A DNA stretch of 63,886 nt, the filler included, from Reticulomyxa filosa (lineage: Eukaryota; Protista; Foraminifera), in assembly GCA_000512085.1 (NCBI GenBank). It is 20 parts of 20 records of this genome, joined end to end, with 100 filler letters (N's around TTAATTAATTAA, not from the genome) between each part and the next. Parts side by side here need not be neighbours in the genome. Positions count along the whole stretch, not along the records: positions 45,815 to 52,726 come from ASPP01005735.1; positions 52,827 to 58,155 come from ASPP01026187.1; positions 58,256 to 60,368 come from ASPP01021867.1; positions 60,469 to 62,784 come from ASPP01006057.1; positions 62,885 to 63,886 come from ASPP01032251.1; 15 more parts are not named here. The stretch is one strand, 5' to 3'. Below the pieces are notes generated by a model, which had not been told where the DNA came from, did no database searches, and worked only from the letters and a program-made list of their open reading frames with translations. Made by a program: the position numbers and the translations under genes. Below, one piece after another: positions 51,767 to 63,551 of this stretch; position 1 is the first letter of the stretch; every line of letters begins with the position of its first letter.

Positions 51767-52726
51767 TTACTTTTCCACGACTAGTTCGGTCACCACGTGA
51801 GGACGATTTAATTTATCGCTGACGTGGAGATCTTTCAAAGAGCGATCACTTGCCAAAATGGTTTGTGAAAACGATTCGGCATAATGTTTGGCGTATTGGA
51901 TCGGCGAAGGCTGTGAGGTGCCACCTAATGGGAATGGCACGCTAAAAGCAAACATATATGTCAGTCCAAATACAAATTGAAATAGGTCCAGGGCGGCCCC
52001 TTTTGAGGCTGCCTTGTCGCTGGCCAAGTTTAGTCCATCCAACAGCACAATATAGCGCACTGGGCGCGTTTTTTCTTTTTTGGCACGATGATAGCCAAAT
52101 ATGATAAAATCCCACAGCCGATCGGATAATACATGGTCATAAACAACGCAGGGGACATCCAAAGGTTGCACCATTTCGTACTCTTGGTCCCATTTTCCAA
52201 AGCGATCAATAGTGTTTTTGTTGCAAAGCAAGTACTCTAAGGCAGGCCTCCATTTTTTCAGATCGTGCGCATCACGAAACATGCTCAATGCACGTTGAAT
52301 CCCAACCACTTCTTTGGTAAATAATTCCTGAATCTGTCCATCTGCAATTCCATCTCTAAAAATCCAAATGCACCCTGGCAAGTCCTTTTTCTCGCGGACT
52401 GTTGCCTCAAATCCTTCCTCCAGCAATTGATACATTACACTGACCATATTCGAAAATCCAACAATTTCTTTGCGACTTGGATTTAAATCTTTTTTTTTTT
52501 GAGTTTCAAAAAATATCAAATATGTACATATATGTATTATATATTAATATTTAAAAATAGTAATTTTTTTTTTTTTTTTTTTTTAAAACGCAACGACACA
52601 AAAAATGCATCGATCGCAATGACCCTTGGAATGGATCTCGGGTAAGACTGATCATTACAACAGATGGCTTGTTGTTAACGTGCGAGGTTGGAACCGAAAG
52701 GGTTTGAATTCCGGGTTTTTAAAAAC
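51767..52726 (-). CDS. Divergent Argonaute/PIWI protein, C-terminal PIWI domain (5' truncated; intron ~52489-52600)
   Basis: KPSVV, RKEIV (Glu finger), LPGCIWIFRDGIADGQ...EV, NKNTIDRF, WDFII, TRPVRYIVL, LTYMF and SQPSPIQYAKHYA occur in canonical PIWI order. Confidence 0.85.
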
Positions 52727-52826
52727 NNNNNNNNNNNNNNNNNNNNNNNNNNNNNNNNNNNNNNNNNNNNTTAATTAATTAANNNNNNNNNNNNNNNNNN
52801 NNNNNNNNNNNNNNNNNNNNNNNNNN

Positions 52827-54139
52827 TATTTAAATTGCTACTGCTAAACCGGTCGGAGATTGACGAATTAGCAAAAAGTCCAACCAAACGAACATTACGA
52901 ATTTTGGACTTGTTTCGATGGATTAGCATTCGAATGATTTCGCTCAACAGTCCATCAGCACCATCATCTAAAAACACTGTCACGCAATTGCTTGACACAG
53001 TTAGAGATTCTAAGTTTCGAAATTGTCTCAAACACCGATTCGACCAAACGCGTCGTGCAAAATGCGAATCAGGTATCAATTCTCCCAACATCTTTTGCGC
53101 CATTTTTTCACACATCGACGTATTGCATGTAATCGTATTTTTTACAGCATTCATCAATTCGCCAAGGCGTTGCTGTACTATCAATGGCAAATTTTATGCT
53201 TCTTTGCACACTGTCACCAAGTCTACTCGTTCGCGAGTTGCTTCGTCAATCTCATCATCCATCGCATCACCTTCTTCTTCATTTTGTTTTTCTTCTAACG
53301 CCTTTTGGCATTTGCCAATACATTCCACTTGAATTTTTTGCACCAATTCATCTTTTAAACACTCGACGCAGCAGCACCGGAAATGCGGATCCTCCTTTCA
53401 TATAAATAATTGTTTTTTTAAAAAAAAAAAACTTATTACGTATGCAAATGTTTTTTGATACGTATAAAAAAGAAAATAAAAAATAAAGTTTTTCTTTCTC
53501 CTGCTCTTGCATACTGCCGATATAAAACCATTTCCAACTTGGTACCAGTTCATGACAACGATCACACATTGTTGTCTCAACACGAGTTACATTATTTATT
53601 TGTTGCTTTGGCCTTTCCTTTTTGGTGGTGGCACTTATTTTTTGAGTAAACATTAAGTATTGCATAAATCTCATGTCAAGTCTGACATGTCTGTAACTAT
53701 CTCGTGAATAACACATTTTTTTAAATTTTTTATTTACTCTTGCCAACCGACCACGTAATTCTTCAAATTCAAAAAAAGTTAATGTATGACAAAACGCATC
53801 ATTTGGAAATTGCGACCAGTTAAATCTTATTACTTTTTTATCTAATTCTTCTATTATTTTTTATTCTTTTTTATATCTTTTGTGTATTACTCTTTTTTCA
53901 ATCTCCAGTACTATCCTATCTTCAATTTGCGGTTTTTGCACACACGTTTTAAAAGGTTCAACAATTGAACATTGCGTTTTCAGTTCTTTAAGGCTTTGCT
54001 TTATTGCTTATAAGACACTTTGTTCCTCAATCAATAATATTTTAGTCTCTTCGTCAACATATTCGTCATACAAAAGGCCATGCTCATATATAAGGTCGCT
54101 ATCATACGGGCTAGACTTATATAAGCCCAATTCATTCAT
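52827..54139 (-). pseudogene. F-box gene with Cys-rich segment, carrying three in-frame TAA codons (3' truncated)
   Basis: ATG at 54139; NWSQFPNDAFCHTLTFFEFEELRGRLARVNKKFKKMC (F-box-like); CDRC...CVEC. TAA at 54008-54010, 53861-53863 and 53194-53196. Confidence 0.6.
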
Positions 54140-55452
54140 TTTCAAGAGAGGTTTTTACTTTCTAAAATAACAAAGCCAAAAGTTTTAAAAAACTGTTGAA
54201 CTGAACGTGAAAAAACACCAAAAAAAATATGTTAAACATTTCTACCATCAAAATAAAATTTCAATATAAATCAACAATTAATATCTTTCTATATTTTAAT
54301 TAACTTGTAAGTTTTTTTTTAAATTTCTTTAAATTTGTATGTTTTAGAAGCGTATTGAAAGGTTCCAATAAGGTTGATATTTTTCTTTATTTTTATTAAT
54401 CTTCTCGAGAAGGATTGATCATTTGTAATCATAAATATTACGCAATATCATATAAAAGAATTAATAAGTTCTGTTCTAGATGTCAATTCTCTTTTTTATT
54501 CTGCTGTTTATACTCGTAAAAAACTTTGCAAACTTAAAATAATATAAATTTATATGTTACTCATGACCGAATCAGTCAAAAGAAGAATAAATCCAAGTAA
54601 TTATTAAACATTTGATTCGAGTATTACATATTAATTCAGATGGACACAGTATTTTCAAAAAATGTTAATTTTGTTATTATCATTAGTACTAAACGAATGA
54701 TGTTTTTGAGCAATTCAAATGTGCATTGAACAAAATATCACATAATTTGAAATTTTGGAAAAGGCAAGCAAATACTACGTCTTGTGCTCAACACCTTCCC
54801 TCCAATGCACAACAGTCACTCTTGCAAGGTCTTTTTCCATTTACATATTCATTTAGTGAAGAGATAGGAATTTTGGCAAAGATGTTGAGTCAGTGTTGAT
54901 GCTTTTGTTTCGTTTTATTTTGAATTTGAAGGAAGTTAATTGTTAAGTCAATAAATCATAACTGGTCTTTTTCAAAGCGCAAACATTTTCACAGTAATGA
55001 TTCACTGACTAAAACTTCCAATAAAAAAAACAAGGCAATAAATTTGATTTAAAAAAACCAAATCGGCAAGGATAATCGGATGGGATTGATATTTCAACAC
55101 AACCTTGTTTTTTGGAAATGTTGCTAATTCATAAGGTGTGACCGCAAGTACATTCTTTTTTAAGTTAAAAATTTCATCTGCAAATGTGATACATGAACGA
55201 TTTTGATTGCAAGAAACAGATGAATAACATTTTGTTATCTTTCACTCCAAAAATAAAAAAAAGACGAAAAAAAGTTTCAACTCAAAACATGTCATATAAG
55301 CCCATATTATTTGTTTATCATCGAGCTATTCGATCAGGCGATAACAACAAGCACCCAAAACTTGTTACAATTTGCCTGTTTGTTCACTTGATTTGCGGTT
55401 ATATGCTTTTTTTTTCAAAATTGGAAGTTTGAGTCTCAATTCAATGAAGTCG

Positions 55453-56760
55453 CTATCCATCGTTGCTATCTTCAGCTTCGTTATCGCCATCATTCTCATT
55501 ATCATCACGTTCGTGTTCGTTTCTGTGTGGTTCACATGAATCTGAATCTCGAGTTTTATGCTCAGGATCATCATCAGCGCAGGTTGGGCGAGAGGAAGGC
55601 AATCTTTCTTTTTGGACCGTTTCAGTGAACGGAGTTAGTCCTTGAAGAAGCTGGAACTCCAAGAAATCATATTCGGGATTATATTGCACCAACTTGCATT
55701 TATCATCGCATCGAAATGCAGACTCTTGAAACATTGCTTGTAAATTTTTGCGTTGCGCTTCATTTACTTGTAAACAAATCAAAGCGACAAATGCTCTCCA
55801 TTCGCTACAATTTTTGATCTGCACTGCTCCGTATTCAAAAACTATGGTAATTTAAAAAAACTGCACTTTCATCCCCCCTTTTTTTTAAATTTATTTTTAT
55901 TTTAATAATGTAATATTCAATTAACTCGCTTGGATGACATGTCTTCCTAAACTCAAGCACCAACCGAACCAATATTTGAAAATGCAACTGACATGCATTA
56001 GCCCATTAGTATCGTGTATGACAGAGTTGACAAGGTTCTCAATATATTCTTCTGCATGATTATGATAATGGTGCCAACAGCCATTGATATATTTAATTAA
56101 TTGTGATTTGAACAAGCTTTCGAATGAGAGAATAAACTGTTTCGATTTGGATCGGGGTTTGTTATCCAGATCGGTGGAATGGCCATTTTCTATTGATATC
56201 GTGGTATTACCGCGCGGACTCTCTCTTTCCACAGTAACAGTTGAACTGGCCGCATTGCTTTCCAATTGCAAAGGGGACGGACAACAAGAAGAGGCCATCG
56301 AAGAAGACTGAGACCGCTGCGATTGCTTCGGTGATATGGTCGTATCCTCGTCATCACAGCTATTCATGTGTCTGCTTCGTTTCATTCCAATCTTCCATCT
56401 AGAATTTACAATTTCCACGCTTGTTGTCATGCAGTCTTCACTTTCGCATTTCCTCACTTCGTGGCGATAGATACTTGTCAGAAGCCCTTGGACTGCTTGA
56501 TGACAAAATGACAATGATTCATTTACAAATTCGTTGTTGCTCTTCTGTTCATCACAAACATCCCTTTTTTTTCCGTTTTATGTTTTGCACCTGTTTTTGT
56601 CTTTGAAACATTACCCGAGAGCTCATTACTATATCCACTAATTCATGAGCTGATTCAAATTTCGCTGGATCAATATCTGGTACCTTCACACCTCGGCTTG
56701 TCCATGACTGTTGTGTATATAACAAATACGTGAGCAGCTTTTTTTCTTTTCGTCCCTCTG
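55453..56760 (-). CDS. Hypothetical multi-exon protein
   Basis: ORFs 55921-56514 and 55453-55824 are separated by an AT-rich intron; the acidic tail ends in TAG. Start uncertain. Confidence 0.5.
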
Positions 56761-58255
56761 CAAAAACAAACTATTTTACATTCCCACAACGCTGCAAAAA
56801 AGTTTGAAATGTTATAGAACCGATCTTTACTCCATGCTCATGCGGAATTGGTGATTGAATTTTTTGGGTACTCATGATTACATTAAGTGCAAAAAAAATT
56901 AATTTGGTTCACTTTTTTGTTTAAGAAAAAACCAGTTGATGACTTATACTGCCTTTTCGGATCCTTTCGCTAAATTCATAGGCTAACTCTTTTAATTTAA
57001 AGAAAAAAAAATCGAAAGGGTATTGGATCCTCCCTTTTTATATTGTTTCATTTCAATTAATGCTAACACTACAAAAATCAATTTAAAAGTACAAGAAAGC
57101 AATTAGAAAAATTTGACGTTGAAAAAACAAAAGGGAAACTCACGTCAAGAAAAAAAGTTATCATTCATCAAGATGGAGACAGTGGCTCGAAGGTCAGCAC
57201 GTCATCTTTTGGCAAGGAAAGATAGTTATGACTGAAACACAATTTATTATTGTGTTTTGGTTAAGTATGCATTGATTTTGACGATGCTGTGACTTAACAA
57301 ACAGATTACCACTTTATTAGCATTTGTAACGTGAGTGACAGAACATCAGCTTCAATCAAACAAACATGGCTTTTTTCTTTCTTTTCATTGTTTCCGTGAT
57401 GTATTTGCAATAAGGAGAAATAAAAGGGAAAATATATGTGTTCGCAAAGCCGCAAAAACAACAATACAAAAAGCTTAAGTAAATAGAAATCAAACCAAAA
57501 ATGAAAAAAAAAGCAAGAAAATGAACCCTATAACAAAGAAAGAGAAGAAAATGACTACGAACAATGTAACACAAAATATAATATATTCGAAAGAAATCAA
57601 TGGAAACTGGTGAATGAAAAATTAAATCTAACAACACAAAAAAATATAAAAAATGAAAAAAGACGAAACAACATAAAGGAATTGCAAAAATGGTTCAACG
57701 GAAAGTATGTTAGCAGAGATAAATGTATTATTAAAGTTTCCACCGATTGCACATATTCTCAATGGAATCAAAAACCACAAGATGTAAAAAACAAAAGTAT
57801 TATGAAATACTTTGGAAATAGATATGGGAAAATAATCAAGTTATCAATTAGACAAAATAAAAAAGTAGAAATATAAGCACGTTATTTGAAAACAAACAAC
57901 AAAAAAACAGAATATCGTGGTGTAGCGATGATGAAGTAATGTTGACATTTGCTGAACACTTTGTGGATATGGCAATAGATGAACACGAGAAAGAGAAAAC
58001 TGAATTACAAAATAGAGAAAAGACTAAATTACAAAGTAAAGAAAAAACAAAAAAAGAATTTGAAATAATTACAATAGCATATTTATTGATTAAGCCATGT
58101 ACAAAATATATTTTGCAATCCAAATGTAAAGAAAAAGAATGTTCAAAAACGCATGNNNNNNNNNNNNNNNNNNNNNNNNNNNNNNNNNNNNNNNNNNNNT
58201 TAATTAATTAANNNNNNNNNNNNNNNNNNNNNNNNNNNNNNNNNNNNNNNNNNNN

Positions 58256-58460
58256 AATTTTCAAAAATGAATAAAATATTCAAATTTTGTAAACAATTAT
58301 GAAAGATGTGATAAAAAACCAAAATGATATTTAAAAAGTACACGATTTGTAGATTTTTTTTTAAAAAAATTAGGTTTTAATGTTGTTTTTTCATGAAGAA
58401 AATCAATCATCTCTATAAGGTGCCGTTTTAGGTGTCAACTTTACTTTGCATTCTACTGTA
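58256..58460 (+). mobile_element. Tc1/mariner-like long TIR, best-preserved copy
   Basis: The reverse complement begins TA|CAGTAGAATGCAAAGTAAAAGTTGACACC. TA plus CAGT is the Tc1-type terminus; related copies occur elsewhere in the window. Confidence 0.7.
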
Positions 58461-59371
58461 TTATTTCTAAATTTGGTTAACGGTTAACCTTGGCCTCTTT
58501 TAGCGTGAAAAACAATACACAAGTATGCTGGTATCTCGAAAGCATATACTACTGTATCTCTTTTGGAAATTACTAAAAAAATATTGTGAAATGCAATTTG
58601 ATTTTTTCCATTTGTAATCTTCTTTGTTAGTATCTTGAAGAGATACCTATCTTTTTTTCTTGCTTAACAGCCTATTTAATATTCAGTTGAATTTACAAAT
58701 TTTTTATGATACCTTTGGGTTAAGCATAGTACGAATTGCTCTGTAGAAAGAGTGTAAGGGGCCGGCACTGAGTGCAATACGAAAGTTTATTCGCTGTAAA
58801 CTTGCCAAACAAAACAATAACAACAAAAGGACACAAGAAAAGTAAGAATTGAAGTGCTTTTGGAGAGAAGGGTTTCCACGCCCAGACACTGTTACAGTAC
58901 TGATATAAGACAAATTTTTCTTTTCCAATTTCATAACGAGTAATTCTGTATATCATACAATTGCCTTGTATTCCCTTTTATTAAAACTACTACAAAAACT
59001 TAAAGAACAGATCTCGTTAACAAATGGAAGTGCTGTTGCATTCCCATTTTGTCTTTTGTACTTTAAAAATAAATAGCGCAAATCAAGATGGTACAAATTT
59101 TTCTTTTTGAAAGCAGAGACTTGTTAAATGTGCTAATTTAAAGCTTTGAGACCTTTTGAAGAAATTTGATTACAACCAATTATCCCAACAACAAAAAAAC
59201 GATAGCCCTCCTGCAAAAAAAAGAGCGAAAGAGAGCAAAAAAAACTCTTCCTCCTTTATCTCAGTTTTTGTGCACGAACGCACAAAAAAGCGGAACATTT
59301 ACAAAAAAAAACAAAAAAAAACGAAACGTGTTTGAATACTAGAAAAAAAAAAAGAGAGAGAAAAATAAGTT

Positions 59372-60320
59372 TCAGATCAATTCTTCGCAATATCGAATAC
59401 ACTCAGGAGAGAGCTGAAAGCGACAAAAGGGATCAATTTTAAGCAAGCCCATAACGTCTTTGGCAGCAATATCAAAAGCAATAATCAAAGGCTGCAAAGC
59501 ATGTATAGTAGAGTTGTGTTTGAGTTCAGTCATTTGACGGGTGATGGTATTACTGGAATTGTATGACAGATTCAGCAGCGCCATCGAGGTTGACACAATG
59601 TACTGGGTATACAAATAGCGGAACATGTCTAAGCAAATGGCCCAAGAGGTCGAAGTAGGCAGACTTGCTTGCACTAAATGCGGGGACAAATATTTTTTGA
59701 CCAAAGTCGGGCAGATAGGGACCTGATACCCCATATCAGTCACATAACTTTGCAAATGAATAGTGACAAAGTGCTTTAACTGCATATACTCCATCAAAAA
59801 TAATATATTTTCCAAAGATAGCTCTTTCACTAAATGCGACGCAAACAGCTCGAACCCATTTCGTTTGGAAATCACCTCTTCTAATGTCAGCTGGTAGCTC
59901 AGTTCGGTAGCTGTGAGCCTCTCATCCGTCTCTTTTGAACGTGACAAACTTGGATTCGACACTTCGGTTGGATTCGACCAACACTTTTTGCATGCTTTCA
60001 AATCATTGTCACCATCACTGCTACTTTTACTACTACCACTACTCTTACTAATGTTACTCCTACTTCTATTACTTTTATAATTCGATCGGTACCGTTTACG
60101 TATACATAAGCAATTCCAGCGACAACGCATTACACTCTCCGTCAGCGAATAATACATGTTCTTGGGACGTAATATTATCAGCATGTTCACCATGTATAGA
60201 CCGCTGACACACATCATTAAAAACAACTGCTTTTCATACTCGTATGTAAACAAATATAACACCAACAGAAATGGAATCGTCCAAATAATTTGATTCATTG
60301 TTACCATTTTTAATTCCGCT
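59372..60320 (-). CDS. Transmembrane RGS protein (last TM helices + RGS domain; 5' truncated)
   Basis: Two hydrophobic helices, then GFELFASHLVKELSLENILFL...LYTQYI...LLNLS...AFDIAAKDVMGLLKIDPFCRF. Confidence 0.85.
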
Positions 60321-61721
60321 TTTGTTTTTTTTTTTAAAAAAAAATTGGTTTTTTTTTTTTTTAAAAAANNNNNNNNNNNNNNNNNNNNNNNNNNNNNNNN
60401 NNNNNNNNNNNNTTAATTAATTAANNNNNNNNNNNNNNNNNNNNNNNNNNNNNNNNNNNNNNNNNNNNGAAGATGTGTTGTGATTGAAAATCCAAGATTA
60501 AATCAATTATTTTATTAACATTGAGCATATAAACCTAATAATCAACTAGAAGAATTAAAACAGGCAAGAGATGAAACATTGACAAAATTAATGATAATTT
60601 GTGAATAGATTGATACAAAAGAAAAAAAAATTTCAAATTATCACAAATCACCTTCGGAAATTTGAATATTAAAAGAAATAAACGAAGATGAAGTTAATAT
60701 CAAAAATGATATTCCATTAAAATTGGTCAAATTTATTTATAATTAGCTTTGTAAATTCGATTCAAAGATATGAAAGGTAAAGATATCCATGTAATTTTAT
60801 TTAAATATTTCAAGAAGAATATTATGTGTAAAATGACCTTTTTCTATCAAAAAAGGGAACTTATTAAAACTGTTTTGACTGTACGCACAAAATTTCGGTT
60901 ATATTTTTGAGTGAATATAAAAGTTCAGAAACATAATAAAGTATTCAATAAGCAATGGGTTGACATATGCTTAATTAGTGTTGCAATAAATTTTTTTTAA
61001 AGTTTGCACAAAGAGAATGGTAATAAACTCAAATTAAATGAAAATAATTAGTTTATCTCACAAAAAAACAGCAAATATATATTGGTATTCCTATTATTTT
61101 ACCTTTTAGAAAAAATATACATAAGAAAATGTGATTTCATGTTCAAGCAATCTACACATTATGGACAGATAAAAAGTCGGGGACGGACATGTATGAAGTT
61201 CACATTAAAAAATAATAATAATGTTGACAGCTCTTCGCCAAGCAGCGGCTCGTGTACAATGGATTGGGAATACAGGGAATCAAGCGCTGTTAGAAAATGG
61301 AGGACATGATCAAGTCTCTTTGATCGGTAGGTCTCAAGAAGTGCCAGAAGATTTATTTTTATACACTCTAAGTTACCTAAGCGGAAAAGACAAATGACAT
61401 GTAGCGTTAGAGTTTATAGTGCACTCATGTCTCAACTTGCAGTCATTGTATCTGACGAATTGTCACAAGATGAATCCAAAGACGATAATCAATTGCGCCC
61501 AGAGACTGCCGCATTTGAAACGAATCGAGATGTATGGAGTGATATCGAAGAAGAACGGAAGTTCCTAGGAACATCTGATGTTGACACAGAACAATGGGAA
61601 CAATGTCCATCCGCGAAACGAAGCGGAGCAAAGAGTTGTGACAATGGTGGCATTGGCCAAAGAAATACGACACTGTCATCCATGGATCGACTTGGGATTG
61701 TTTTGGTTGCAAGTGATGGCG

Positions 61722-62557
61722 TTATTGGGTAAAGTGGATCCACTCATTGACAACGACGATATAGTCACGACGATGACAATAAATATAACAATAACAATGA
61801 TAGTGACAATAGCAACGAAGATAGCCAAGACTCAAACAACTGGAAAAAACGAAGCGAATTGGTGAAAATTGACTTGGACAAATCGATGCCGGCATATCAG
61901 ATTGTATTGAAATATACGCATCTGGAACTGCTGTGCAAGCACTTGGAGGAGTCGTCACTTGGGAAGCTTCAGTAGATTTCGTACAACTGACACGTATATC
62001 CAACTGTGCAATACCAATAGTTGAAAGCATATTTTTCCCCTCCCTTTCTTTTGTTTCCTTCTTCTGCTAACAAAGTTAGATGATGGAAAGAAATAAAAAA
62101 GGTGTTGATATTGCATTTAAGCGTTTTTGTGTGAATGCTTACGAATTGTTTTGTTGGGTTTTTTTTTCCATTCGCAGTCAATTAAAAAATGTTGGCATTT
62201 TTGTTTCCCTCAGTCATTGTGGAAACATATGTCAAACAAACCCTCCCGAAAACATCTTTTCCTTCAAACTATTGAAAGTGAGTTTTTTTTATTTATAAAG
62301 AGATTTGCACAGCGACCATTGAATCTGTTTTGATAATGAAAATGATTGGTAGGAGAAAGTTGGAGCCATTTGCATTTATGCATGTCGAATTCACTGACTG
62401 CTTTCGACATACCTCCATTGAGGACAATAACATTTCCATTGTTTCTCTCTTTCCGTTGGTACACGTCCCGTAGAAAGGAAAAAAAAACTTTTTTTTTTTT
62501 GCACAATATTGCAATCTCAAGACTATTTGTATAATCAATTTTTAAATTCAAATACAA
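61722..62557 (-). CDS. Possible kelch-repeat gene fragments
   Basis: VIVLNGGMSKAVSEFDMHKCKWLQLSPTNHFH is one kelch-like blade; the exon structure is unresolved. Confidence 0.35.
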
Positions 62558-62885
62558 TTTCTGTCTTACACCAAAGCAATAAGCTAAACCTTATGATGGA
62601 TAGTGGGTACTGCGTTTTTGAACTTCTAAAAAAATTGTGATAAAGCTTTCGTGAACAATTTTTTTGAGACAACCAAACATAAAAGGAAGTTATAAATAAA
62701 ATAAGCAGCAAAAGAATTTAAGGTCCGTTAAAAATTCTTTCTTAAGATCTAAAAACTGGAGTTTTTTCTTGCGAAAGTGCGTCCNNNNNNNNNNNNNNNN
62801 NNNNNNNNNNNNNNNNNNNNNNNNNNNNTTAATTAATTAANNNNNNNNNNNNNNNNNNNNNNNNNNNNNNNNNNNNNNNNNNNNG

Positions 62886-63551
62886 TGGTTCGTCCACTTC
62901 CGTTTTCCCGGTCACGAATCCGTGTCACGCATCCCGTCCACCCTCGGCGAGATTCCAAAAGGCTGGGAGGTGAAGCGCGTGCCTGAGTGCGTCTACATCA
63001 ACCCGCGTGTCACTGTTCCACGCGACGGCGAAAAGCCATTCGTTCCGATGGGTTGCCTGTCCAATGACTCGATGCTTATCTCCGACATTGAAGCTCGCTC
63101 TGGCAACAGCGGTGCGAAGTTCCAAAACGGTGACACACTCTTCGCGCGAATCACGCCTTGTTTGGAAAATGGAAAGACTGGCTTCGTCCAGTTTTTGCCT
63201 GACGCTCAATCCGTCGGTTTCGGCTCAACTGAATTTATTGTCCTTCGCTCGCGCACGCTGACGCCGGAGTTCATCTATCTGCTAGCGCGCAGCGACGAGT
63301 TTCGCGGCGTCGCCATCAAGAGCATGTCCGGCGCTACGGGGCGACAGCGAGTGCAGGAAAAGTGCTTCGACGACCTGCTCATGGCTCAGCCTCCGCGTGC
63401 GCTGCTTGAGCATTTTGCCAGCATTGTGGGCCCGTCTTTCCAGCTAATCTACAAGCTGCATCTCCAGATACAGAACCTCCGTAGCACCCGCGACTTGCTA
63501 CTGCCACGCCTGCTCTACGGCCAGATCGACGTGGAGACGCTTGCTGCATGA
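62886..63551 (+). CDS. hsdS: Type I restriction-modification specificity subunit, C-terminal half
   Basis: Central conserved region WFVHFRFPG...LGEIPKGWEV, TRD motif GDTLFARITPCLENGK..GSTEFIV, and C-terminal LRSTRDLLLPRLL. Confidence 0.95.
   Translation, partial: WFVHFRFPGHESVSRIPSTLGEIPKGWEVKRVPECVYINPRVTVPRDGEKPFVPMGCLSNDSMLISDIEARSGNSGAKFQNGDTLFARITPCLENGKTGFVQFLPDAQSVGFGSTEFIVLRSRTLTPEFIYLLARSDEFRGVAIKSMSGATGRQRVQEKCFDDLLMAQPPRALLEHFASIVGPSFQLIYKLHLQIQNLRSTRDLLLPRLLYGQIDVETLAA

Noticed and set aside
52827-54139. Genome-wide TAA=Gln (ciliate-type) genetic code
   Set aside because: Conserved genes in the window end at TAA where expected (WD40, vWA, DSP), and long exons such as the PUF domain contain no in-frame TAA or TAG.
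2874-62884. Regularly recurring TTAATTAATTAA palindrome flanked by Ns as a biological repeat or CRISPR-like array
   Set aside because: Fixed 100-bp geometry and six-frame stops show it is a concatenation spacer. ORFs ending in X...LIN are artefacts.
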